The position numbers and the translations under genes are program-made. 64,000 nucleotides of DNA. It comes from a virus. The stretch covers positions 16,493-80,492 of the IMG/VR virus record IMGVR_UViG_3300012209_000006, one strand, 5' to 3'. The notes under the pieces are model-generated. The model made no database searches and was not told where the DNA came from. It was given only the letters and a program-made list of their open reading frames with translations. Positions 18,972 to 27,450 of this stretch are shown here, one piece after another (the stretch's first letter is position 1; every line of letters begins with the position of its first letter).

Positions 18972-20210
18972 ATGGGCCTGTTCAGCAAGACCAAACCTGT
19001 TACGAAGAGAATGGATGATACTCTCGTTTCGCCGGAAATTCAGAAGCTGGAGAATGAGCTTCTATCCCGCGTGATCGGGCAGGAAAGGGCGGTCAAACAG
19101 TTTGTTCGAATCCACGAGACCTATCTGTCTGGTCTTCGGCCCACAACCAAACCCATGCAGGTTCTTCTGTTCGTTGGGCCCACCGGCAGCGGTAAGACCC
19201 ACGTTGCAGAAGTCTTCGCTGAATTAATGAACGTTACGTTAATCAAAGTGGACTGCGGTGAGTTTCAACAATCCCACGAAGTCGCGAAACTTCTGGGCTC
19301 CCCTCCAGGATACGTAGGGGCTGAAACAAAACCCAAGATCAATAAGAGTGTGGTTGAAGCCAAGTGGGGCAAAGGCGGCCCAGAGTACACTATAATTCTT
19401 TTTGATGAGATTGAGAAGGCCGACCCAGATTTTCATCAGTTGCTTCTGGGCATTATGGATCGCGGAATTCTGACGACCGGAAAGAATGAGACCGTCGATC
19501 TGACAAAAACTATCGTGATCATGACGTCGAACCTCGGTTCGCGAGAAGTGAAGAAGCTTTTGAAAGATCACGGCGGCTACGGGTTCGGAACAGCGAGCGA
19601 GAAAGACGACACAATTCTGGATGAAGATATTTATCACGCATCGAAAGGTGCCGTGTCCAGGTTCTTTTCACCGGAGTTCTTCAACCGTATCGATCGCATG
19701 ATCGTGTTCAGAACTCTGAACGAAGAGTCTCTTCGAAAAGTTTTGGAATCGGAATTGAAGCTGGTTCAGGATCGCGTTCTGAAAGCCAACAAATTTGTTG
19801 GTGTGGAAGTATCCGATCGCGGAAAGACTTTCTTGGTCGAAGAAGGGACAAGCAAAGAGTTTGGTGCTCGCGAGCTCAAGCGTACCATTGAGCGATTCTT
19901 GGTCTCGAAAATAACGAGAGCCCTTGTAACAGGGCAAGTAAAGAACGGAGATATCGTTATGGCGGACAAAGAGCCCGGGTCCAACGAAATGGTTTTGGAC
20001 ATCATTAAAGCTGTTTTGGAGATTCCGAAACCGAAAACAGAGGCTTTTACAGTCAGGCAGCCTGCGCGAGTCACAGTGGAGCCAGAACATCCCGGGTCTC
20101 GTAGACCGTATGAAGGTGTAATCAATGCAGGATATTGCGCGCGATGCGGATGGCGTTGGTATGATAAACATCTGTGTTTCGATCTGCTAGATTCCGGCAA
20201 TATCCTGTGA
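18972..20210 (+). CDS. Single-domain Clp/Hsp100 AAA+ ATPase (ClpA/B/C D2-type)
   Basis: GPTGSGKT, GSPPGYVG pore loop, LFDEIEKA, IMTSNLG, YGF loop, FSPEFFNRID, GARELKR. Confidence 0.9.
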   Translation: MGLFSKTKPVTKRMDDTLVSPEIQKLENELLSRVIGQERAVKQFVRIHETYLSGLRPTTKPMQVLLFVGPTGSGKTHVAEVFAELMNVTLIKVDCGEFQQSHEVAKLLGSPPGYVGAETKPKINKSVVEAKWGKGGPEYTIILFDEIEKADPDFHQLLLGIMDRGILTTGKNETVDLTKTIVIMTSNLGSREVKKLLKDHGGYGFGTASEKDDTILDEDIYHASKGAVSRFFSPEFFNRIDRMIVFRTLNEESLRKVLESELKLVQDRVLKANKFVGVEVSDRGKTFLVEEGTSKEFGARELKRTIERFLVSKITRALVTGQVKNGDIVMADKEPGSNEMVLDIIKAVLEIPKPKTEAFTVRQPARVTVEPEHPGSRRPYEGVINAGYCARCGWRWYDKHLCFDLLDSGNIL

Positions 20211-20279
20211 TTAGAATGTTCGTATTGCTTGTGATTCTTCATGTTGGGTTTTGGGTTAGAGTTTATAGGAAGGTGATTT

Positions 20280-20819
20280 GTGGCAAATTTCGGAGACGTA
20301 GTAAACTGGGTTCTTCGTTTAGAAGACCGGACTCTGGCGGGAAAAACAGTTAACCTTGGTGACGGCGCCGGATGGACGCGCTTTGGTGTGACGTCGAAGA
20401 ACAACCCTCAATTGCCCCCAACATTTTGGTGGGAAGCCCTTGGGCAAGCGCGAATGGCCAACGATGCCGCGCTTGAGGTTGCCAAGCGGTTCTATCACGA
20501 AAAGTACTGGATGCCCCTACACGGCACTCAGATCGTCACAGACGAGTTGGCAGCTACTCTGATGTCTTTCGCCGTGAACGACGGCCTGAGCGGCGCTGTG
20601 AAGCTTCTACAAGGCATCCTAGGGCTCACAGTCGACGGTTCCCTTGGGCCAAAAACCCTATCTGAACTACTAGCCAATGACACGCCCGAGACGGCCGCAA
20701 AGCTTCGTGACGCCCAAGAAAGCTTTTACGAACTAGTCGTTGCGAGAGACCAGAGCAAGCAGAGGTTCTTGGATGGCTGGCGATCTAGGGCCCAAGTTGT
20801 CTATCCGGATTTGCCGTAA
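20280..20819 (+). CDS. Endolysin, glycoside hydrolase family 108 with peptidoglycan-binding domain
   Basis: LRLE...GDGAGWTRFGVT, YHEKYW, FAVNDG..AVKLLQ..LG..VDG.LGPKT, RFLDGWRSR. Confidence 0.85.
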   Translation: MANFGDVVNWVLRLEDRTLAGKTVNLGDGAGWTRFGVTSKNNPQLPPTFWWEALGQARMANDAALEVAKRFYHEKYWMPLHGTQIVTDELAATLMSFAVNDGLSGAVKLLQGILGLTVDGSLGPKTLSELLANDTPETAAKLRDAQESFYELVVARDQSKQRFLDGWRSRAQVVYPDLP

Positions 20820-20898
20820 GTAATATTATACGGTAAACCTCTTGTTTTTATTAGGTTAGGCTGTAGGATGTTACTTTTTGTTACATAAAATTTGCCCG

Positions 20899-20929
20899 CG
20901 TGACGTAGTTTTAAAGACATAATGGAGGG
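20899..20929 (+). repeat. 31-bp direct repeat copy 2, promoter-like
   Basis: Exact match to 18072-18102; intergenic, at the head of the packaging/structural block. Confidence 0.9.
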
Positions 20930-20932
20930 GAA

Positions 20933-21100
20933 GTGCGATACATCTATCGTTGTGCCCAATGTGATGGGTCTGTTTCTAAGCCGTCCGTGTCTTCTGATAA
21001 GGAAGGCAAGTCAACCCATGGTCTCCACGGGTGGAAATGCGCTACCCACGGCCCGACGAAAGTCAAACGCTCTCTCGTCAAAGACGAAGAAAAAACTTAA
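20933..21100 (+). CDS. Small Zn-ribbon-like protein (55 aa), not in track
   Basis: GTG start, MRYIYRCAQC...WKCATHG...; TAATG coupling to next gene. Confidence 0.65.
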   Translation: MRYIYRCAQCDGSVSKPSVSSDKEGKSTHGLHGWKCATHGPTKVKRSLVKDEEKT

Positions 21101-21642
21101 TGGATCGCGTTTGTAAAACGTGTGGCTTAGAAAAGCCTGAAGTAAGTTTAACAGCAAAGAAGCGGAGACTTTTGTGTTTTTCGTGTGAATATAAGAGCTC
21201 GGACAAAAAGAAAGCAAAAGCACGAAACAAAATCTGGAGAGACAATCAACCAGGAAGTTTTGATCTTCCAGGAAGATATGGAATAACACAGGACGACTAC
21301 TTGTATATGTTGGAAAAACAAGGAGGAGTTTGTGCTATTTGTGGTAAGAAAAATAAAGCGACTAGCCGAAGAAAAAGACTTCATGTAGATCATGATCATA
21401 AAATTGGCGGCGCGGGAATTCGTGGTTTGTTGTGTAACTTATGTAATGCATGGCTCGGGCGCATTGAAGACAACATCGAAGCCGTTTTGAGAGCTTTTGC
21501 TTACCTCAGGAGAATGCAATGCCCGTATATGAGTACCTTTGTGCATCTTGTGGAAAAAAGTTTGATAGAGTCAAATCTATCAAAATCTCTGATCGGCAGC
21601 GGGATTACGATATCTGCGCCTGCGGAAAAAGAGCTGAATTAA
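21100..21642 (+). CDS. Endonuclease VII homing endonuclease
   Basis: CKTC..CFSC, CAICG...HVDHDH...RGLLCNLCN; ATG overlaps upstream TAA. Confidence 0.88.
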   Translation: MDRVCKTCGLEKPEVSLTAKKRRLLCFSCEYKSSDKKKAKARNKIWRDNQPGSFDLPGRYGITQDDYLYMLEKQGGVCAICGKKNKATSRRKRLHVDHDHKIGGAGIRGLLCNLCNAWLGRIEDNIEAVLRAFAYLRRMQCPYMSTFVHLVEKSLIESNLSKSLIGSGITISAPAEKELN

Positions 21643-21722
21643 CGGTTTCCCAAACCGGAGCACCAATTCTTGTCGGAGCAGGTTTTCACTGCAACGATTT
21701 TGGCGCTCCAACAAAAGCGTAA
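21519..21722 (+). CDS. FmdB-family zinc-ribbon protein
   Basis: MPVYEYLCASCG...CACG...GAGFH..D; AGGAG RBS; overlaps EndoVII tail. Confidence 0.75.
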   Translation: MPVYEYLCASCGKKFDRVKSIKISDRQRDYDICACGKRAELTVSQTGAPILVGAGFHCNDFGAPTKA

Positions 21723-21743
21723 TCGCTGATGCAAACCTAATCG

Positions 21744-21780
21744 AAGGGCGGCTGTGCTAGCAGTCGCCCTTTTACTTTTG
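21744..21780 (+). terminator. Intrinsic terminator
   Basis: AAGGGCGGCTG/CAGTCGCCCTT stem followed by a T-rich tract. Confidence 0.75.
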
Positions 21781-21791
21781 GAGTACCCCTC

Positions 21792-22064
21792 ATGGGTTTC
21801 TTCTCATCAATCCACAAACGTTTTCTTGAATTGGTTTGCGCCGATGACGGTAAGTTAAGCTTGTCGCGCGTCAGTCCGTTGGCCTCACTTGTATCTGTTA
21901 TCGTGTGGGTCAGTTACGTAATTTACAAAAGCAATCCGCACACGCTTCCAGATCTGACCGGCCCGGCGATCTTCACAGGATCAGGCGCCGCACATTATGG
22001 TATAGGGAAATATTTCAGCGCCAAGAAAGACGACGTAGATCCTGATTCTAGCCCAAAGGTGTGA
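21792..22064 (+). CDS. Small membrane protein, holin candidate
   Basis: Hydrophobic segments, LSLSR motif, charged tail; near endolysin. Confidence 0.5.
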   Translation: MGFFSSIHKRFLELVCADDGKLSLSRVSPLASLVSVIVWVSYVIYKSNPHTLPDLTGPAIFTGSGAAHYGIGKYFSAKKDDVDPDSSPKV

Positions 22065-22065
22065 C

Positions 22066-22251
22066 ATGCCCTTCAAATCGCGCGCGCAGCAAGGGTATCT
22101 TCACGCCCATCCCGAAATTCTTGGTGAAGAAAAATTAGCTGAATTCGACGCATCGTCGAAGGGTAAGAAACTCCCGGCTCGAAAGAAAAAGAGCCCGAAG
22201 AAAGAATCAAAGCCAGAAGTTCCGGTCGTTAGAATGAGACACACGGCTTAG
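22066..22251 (+). CDS. Small basic hypothetical protein
   Basis: 61 aa, Lys-rich. Confidence 0.7.
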   Translation: MPFKSRAQQGYLHAHPEILGEEKLAEFDASSKGKKLPARKKKSPKKESKPEVPVVRMRHTA

Positions 22252-22270
22252 CCGCGTTGAGGACAAGACA

Positions 22271-22975
22271 ATGCCACAGCAAGAAGATCCGGTTAAGAAA
22301 GCTCTCGCGGAGAGCAAAAAGGTTTTAGAAGGCGCTGATAAATTTCAAAAGAGCGCCGGCGGCCCTATGCCCAAACCCCAGCCTAAACCGCAAGCCAAGG
22401 CTGTCGACGTGAAGCCTGCGAAGAAAGCTCCTTCCAGCGGCCTATTGGGCGAAGCCAGCGATGCCGCGAAAGGCATTGCGGAGAAAGCCAAGCAAGTCGA
22501 TGAATACAATAAAGCCAATCCTGATCAGCCTTTGAAGCCTTACAAAGAAGGCGGAAAAGTCAGCAAGGACGGCCCCGGCATGCTTCACAAAGACGAAGTT
22601 GTTCTGCCCGCCGACGAAAAGAAAGCTGTGAAAGTTTTGAAGAGCAAGGCCAAGAACGTGATGGCCTCGGCGATGGAAGACGAGAAGGACGAGAAAGAAA
22701 CTCCAGCCGAAGAGAAGAAAGAAGGAAAGGCCGGCGAAAAGAAAGAAGAGAAGAAGGCCGAGCACAAAGCCAAGAAATCGAAGGGCATCCACATCCGTCA
22801 CGGCGCATCCGGCGGCTTCATCGCGAAGCACGACGCAATGCCTAAGGAAGACGGAAGCATGGGAGACATGGAAGAACACGTTCTCCCGAACAGAGCCGCG
22901 GTCCACGCTCACATTGATGAGCACATGGGCGACGGCGAGGACCTCGCGGCCGCAGAAGGCGCGCCTCAGGAATAA
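22271..22975 (+). CDS. Charged low-complexity hypothetical protein
   Basis: GAGG RBS; contains EGGKV...HKDEVVLPA motif shared with 39652..39984. Confidence 0.7.
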   Translation: MPQQEDPVKKALAESKKVLEGADKFQKSAGGPMPKPQPKPQAKAVDVKPAKKAPSSGLLGEASDAAKGIAEKAKQVDEYNKANPDQPLKPYKEGGKVSKDGPGMLHKDEVVLPADEKKAVKVLKSKAKNVMASAMEDEKDEKETPAEEKKEGKAGEKKEEKKAEHKAKKSKGIHIRHGASGGFIAKHDAMPKEDGSMGDMEEHVLPNRAAVHAHIDEHMGDGEDLAAAEGAPQE

Positions 22976-23025
22976 ATCGAAGCACCAAGAACGGCTCGGA
23001 TTGAGCTCTTCGAAGGTCACGAGTC

Positions 23026-24984
23026 ATGCAAGAGCCTACGTGGAATCCAGACTATCTGCTTAAGGAAGCGACTTCCATCGCGCACGCGCGTGGTGAAGTT
23101 CTTACCGTAAAGCATTTCTGGAGAGTGGCGGACCGCGATCTTCCGGGCGAAGCTCCGAAGGAAATGATGGACCTTGTAGCGCGGGCCAAGAATTATGTAG
23201 CATTGGATTTGGCCTTCACGCGTTACGCAGTTGACAAGACGGACCCCGACGTGGCATCAGCTTTACGTCGCATTGAGATCCTAGGTCAGTGTCCGGACTC
23301 AACCAAGACCTTGGCGTTTCTGCAGTTCATGTGCAGAACGAACCTTCTGTTTCTTGGTCGAGAACTGTTCAACAAGGCTTTCACGTTTTACACGCACGCT
23401 CCTATATGTAACTTCTTCGTCCAGAAAGATCCGTCAAAGAAACTGGAAGATCAAGACGAAACAAAAGAGCGGCTGCTGCTGTATCCTCGCGGCAGTTTCA
23501 AGTCGACCATCGACGTAATTGATTGCGTTCAGTGGTTCATAAATTTGCCTAATATCAGAATTCTGATTTTAGCCGCAGAAACTGGGCTGGCCACTTCTTT
23601 CATCGGCGAACTGAAAAACTATTTCTTCGTTCCCAAAGAAGCGGCCCCCACGAATTTTCAGAAATTGTTTCCTGAGTGGACGATTTCGTCCCGCACAGAA
23701 GGCGCAGAAGACCAGTTCATCTGCCCCAAGCGCGCGACAGGCGACGAGAAAAAGAAAGACCCATCAGCTTGGTCGGCCTCAATTCTGTCGAACCTTCCCG
23801 GATGGCACTGCGATTTGATGAAGGGCGACGATGTCGTCAATGACAAGAACGCCGCGACACCAGCCCTAGTGGCAAAGGTGATTCGGAAGATTAACTTCGC
23901 CGAGTCCCTAGTAGACCCAGGCGGATTTAAAGACCTATTGGGAACTCCATACGCCGGCAATGACCTTTACGGTTTCACGGCGGAGAAAGCGGAGCATCCC
24001 GAGGATCTCAAGAAACTCGCGATACCGGCGCGCTGGCTCAGGCCAGAAGCGATCCACAAAGACGAACGCGATTGCACAGACGCGGATTGGGAACTTCTGT
24101 TTGAGTTCGACAAGACCGGCCGCAAGCGCCTAACAAATGATTTCTTAAACAAGAAAAAGCGGAAGGACATTGGCATCTACCTTTCGCAGTACATGTTGAA
24201 TTCGTCGGGAGCCAAGAAAGTAAAGTTTTCGCTGGAGCTTCTAGCGCAGCGAACGATTTCACTCGAGCAGCTTCCGCATCAACTCAGGTATTACATCTTC
24301 TGGGATTTCGCGTACGGCGCGGCCCAGGGCAATGATTACTCCGTCGGCGCCGTCATCGGCCTCGACAATGAGAATCGTGCGTACCTAGTTGAACTTTTCC
24401 GTGACCATTATCTTGACAGCGAGTTGGCGAGAGAGATCGTCTCTTCGTACCAGAAATATCAGCCTCGTATGGTTCTCATCGAGAACTCAAACGGAGCTCA
24501 GTTCCTGGAACAGACGATCCGTCGATATGCCGAAGAAGTGGGAATCTCTTATATTCCCCTGGACTTCTTCAAAGTCGATCGCTCACCAAACGCGAAGGCA
24601 TCCCGAGTTGGGGCCTTACAGCCACTCCTCCTGGGAGGGCAGCTGTTCTTCATGAACACGGTTTCATACTTGGACGATCTCTATAAAGAGTTCAAGGATT
24701 TCGGAACCGCGGTCCACGACGATATTCCAGACGCTATCAGCCATTTCACTCGTGTGCTCCCGTCGGGAACCACGGAACCTGGAGGTCCAGGCGGGAAAGA
24801 GCGCCAAGAGAAATTCAATCGCATGTTGATGGAAAAGGATTTCTACGACATGATCTTTCAGCAAGGCGACTACACACCGGTCGTTCCAGAGGCACCAATA
24901 GTTCCGGAATTCGGAACAGGTGAATCATCCGACAGCGATCTTTACGATCCCTACGGCATTCCAGGCTTCGGCCCAAAGAGATAA
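23026..24984 (+). CDS. terL: Terminase large subunit
   Basis: PRGSFKST Walker A, GDDVV Walker B, LLGTPY, WDFA nuclease, HDDIPDA. Confidence 0.88.
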   Translation: MQEPTWNPDYLLKEATSIAHARGEVLTVKHFWRVADRDLPGEAPKEMMDLVARAKNYVALDLAFTRYAVDKTDPDVASALRRIEILGQCPDSTKTLAFLQFMCRTNLLFLGRELFNKAFTFYTHAPICNFFVQKDPSKKLEDQDETKERLLLYPRGSFKSTIDVIDCVQWFINLPNIRILILAAETGLATSFIGELKNYFFVPKEAAPTNFQKLFPEWTISSRTEGAEDQFICPKRATGDEKKKDPSAWSASILSNLPGWHCDLMKGDDVVNDKNAATPALVAKVIRKINFAESLVDPGGFKDLLGTPYAGNDLYGFTAEKAEHPEDLKKLAIPARWLRPEAIHKDERDCTDADWELLFEFDKTGRKRLTNDFLNKKKRKDIGIYLSQYMLNSSGAKKVKFSLELLAQRTISLEQLPHQLRYYIFWDFAYGAAQGNDYSVGAVIGLDNENRAYLVELFRDHYLDSELAREIVSSYQKYQPRMVLIENSNGAQFLEQTIRRYAEEVGISYIPLDFFKVDRSPNAKASRVGALQPLLLGGQLFFMNTVSYLDDLYKEFKDFGTAVHDDIPDAISHFTRVLPSGTTEPGGPGGKERQEKFNRMLMEKDFYDMIFQQGDYTPVVPEAPIVPEFGTGESSDSDLYDPYGIPGFGPKR

Positions 24985-24987
24985 AAC

Positions 24988-27129
24988 ATGGCGTTGGTCC
25001 AAGAAATAGCCGGGACATCTACGACTGGCAACATCGCTTTCGCGGATGTCAAGAGCCCGTCAGAAGTCTCCGATGACGCTGCTCTGAAAATCGTTACCAG
25101 AGATGCGCAGTATACTCGTTCCTGGATCGAAAGCCGGTACTTCAATATTCGATGGATCGAGATTGACCTTCTGTATCAATCGCCCCCAACGCTACGCGTT
25201 TGGGAAGGCACTTCGATGCCGAAGGCGAACATCGCCAAGTTCACGGTGGCAACGCACGTTAACGCCATCAACTCAAAATTGATCGGCGGACTTTTCTACG
25301 AAGAGCCTCCATTCAATTTGGTTCAGAAGTCAAGCATCAGCGCGGACACCGCGCGCGCAGTCGAGGAAGTTCTTTCGTACCAACTCGATGAGATGGGTTT
25401 CAAACAGGAAGTCAAGTACGGATTCTTTTCGTGCCTCCTGAACGGGACTGGAATTTGGAAGTGGGGCTGGAAGGATTATCATAGGACTGAGTGGGATTTC
25501 CAACCGCTCGAAGATCCTCAGGAATTTCCTGTAGATAATCCAGAGAAGCCCGGCGCGACAGAATCGGTTCCTACGCAGGATTCCGACCTATTCAAGATGA
25601 GCAAGGTCGATACGCTGGTATCTCATCCATTTTTTGAAAACTGCGACATTCGTACGGTCCTAGTGGATCCCGGCTGCCGCGTTCCCGACATTCGCAAAGC
25701 CAAGTTTGTCATTCATGAATTCCCTGTAACCTTCCGCGATTTGATGCGCATGAAGGACGAAGTTTATTACGACGAGAAGAATAACCCGATCTACCGTTAC
25801 AATCTTCCAAGCGAAGACGAAATCAGATCGTGGTTTGAAACACCCGAAGCAACATCACAAAGTATGTCTATCGGTGGTCAGAACATGACCTCCGGTCAGA
25901 ACAACACTCAGTTCGTTCAACACGCGGCTCCGTTATTCGTTAAGACAACGGAAGATCCGCTAGATGAGCCTCTCATCATCCAAGAGCGTTGGGATAACGA
26001 TAAGGTCATGACGGTTCTCGCCGGCAAGCGCCTTATTCGAAACGAGCCCAACCCATTCGGTTGCATACCGTTCTATTCGGTCAACTGGTGGATGATTCAG
26101 GATTGCTTCTGGGGTCTCGGCCTCGGAACAGCCCTGGGCGGCGAACAACGCCTCCAGCAAGGTTTCATCAACGCCGTTGCAGATATCGGCACCTTGGCGG
26201 CCAACCAACCGATCGTTCGGTCGCGCGGCGCCAACATCAACACGCAGCAAGTTCGCGCACGTCTCGGCGGATTCATCGACGTAGACGGCGACGCCACGAA
26301 GGCGTTGCATCCCATGGACATTCCCAAGATTCAAGGGGAGTTGTTCCAAGTTGTTGCGGCTTCCGAAGCCAGAACAGAATCGACATCCGGCGCGAGCGAA
26401 ATGCTCACGATGGGTTCGTCCAAGCCTAGCGGCCGCGGATCCTCAATGGGTCGCACGGCGACAGGCGCTGGCAACTTGATGCAAGCAGCCGTCGATCGTA
26501 TCGGCGGATTGGTTGAAGATTTCAACCGGCAAGTTTTGCAGCCGTGGTTGTGGCAGATGTATGACCTCAACCGGATGTTCTTGCCCCCTTCAGTCTATCG
26601 TGCAATTCTGAACGATTCTTTGAGCGGAAGCTTGAAGGCAACGTTCCAAGAATTCATGAAGGCGAAAAAGGGAATCAAGACCTTCACAATTTTGGCAGGC
26701 AGCCATTTGGCGGCCCGTCAGCAGATGGCGCAGTCGATGCCACTCATCATGCAGTACTTCACGAATCCTGCTCTTGCAGGACAGATTGCAGACATCAACG
26801 GTGAATACATTTCCTACTCGGAATTGCTCCACATGTTGACAGACGTTAGCGGTTGGGGAAGCTCTGCATATTATTCGATCTTCAAAAAACTCACACCGGA
26901 AATGAAGGCACAACGTGCCGCACAAAATCCGGCGGCCGCGAAGATGGCGGCGCAGAAAGCAAACAACGATCAGAAATTCGATCAGAAGTCACAGTTGCAA
27001 TCGCAGCAGTGGACAGAGCGCGCGGCGGGAGATATCATCCGTCACTCTCTTGAGCAGGCGGGTTCATCCGAAGCAATACAAGGTACCCCAGGCGGTGCCG
27101 GCTTCGGAAGCGCCGAATTAGCAGGATAA
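24988..27129 (+). CDS. Portal protein
   Basis: 713 aa directly after terL; NPF..IPFY, WGLG, SGASEM features of P22/N4-type portals; Gln-rich tail. Confidence 0.8.
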   Translation: MALVQEIAGTSTTGNIAFADVKSPSEVSDDAALKIVTRDAQYTRSWIESRYFNIRWIEIDLLYQSPPTLRVWEGTSMPKANIAKFTVATHVNAINSKLIGGLFYEEPPFNLVQKSSISADTARAVEEVLSYQLDEMGFKQEVKYGFFSCLLNGTGIWKWGWKDYHRTEWDFQPLEDPQEFPVDNPEKPGATESVPTQDSDLFKMSKVDTLVSHPFFENCDIRTVLVDPGCRVPDIRKAKFVIHEFPVTFRDLMRMKDEVYYDEKNNPIYRYNLPSEDEIRSWFETPEATSQSMSIGGQNMTSGQNNTQFVQHAAPLFVKTTEDPLDEPLIIQERWDNDKVMTVLAGKRLIRNEPNPFGCIPFYSVNWWMIQDCFWGLGLGTALGGEQRLQQGFINAVADIGTLAANQPIVRSRGANINTQQVRARLGGFIDVDGDATKALHPMDIPKIQGELFQVVAASEARTESTSGASEMLTMGSSKPSGRGSSMGRTATGAGNLMQAAVDRIGGLVEDFNRQVLQPWLWQMYDLNRMFLPPSVYRAILNDSLSGSLKATFQEFMKAKKGIKTFTILAGSHLAARQQMAQSMPLIMQYFTNPALAGQIADINGEYISYSELLHMLTDVSGWGSSAYYSIFKKLTPEMKAQRAAQNPAAAKMAAQKANNDQKFDQKSQLQSQQWTERAAGDIIRHSLEQAGSSEAIQGTPGGAGFGSAELAG

Positions 27130-27139
27130 GGAAAAGAAA

Positions 27140-27436
27140 ATGCCCAATCAACTTGCAGGACCCAATTATCAAATTGTTGGCATTATGCCGGTGTCGCTTA
27201 AGAACTCACAGCCCGGGCTACTTCCGAACCCCGGCGATCGCATCAGGATTTATGAAATCATTTCTACCGCAGCGTCCTTCACGTTGACCGACGGTGCCGC
27301 GTCTAACCCTGTTACTCTTTTGGCTGCGACTGCTGTTGGCTCGTGGTCATTCAATCCACCTCTTGAAGTAGCGGATTTTCAAATGACCGCATTCGCCGTC
27401 GCCCCTGGCGCCGTCGTAGACATTTTTGCAAGGTAA
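27140..27436 (+). CDS. Small virion-type protein
   Basis: Beta-rich 98 aa within the head module. Confidence 0.6.
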   Translation: MPNQLAGPNYQIVGIMPVSLKNSQPGLLPNPGDRIRIYEIISTAASFTLTDGAASNPVTLLAATAVGSWSFNPPLEVADFQMTAFAVAPGAVVDIFAR

Positions 27437-27450
27437 TTACGGAGAAATAC

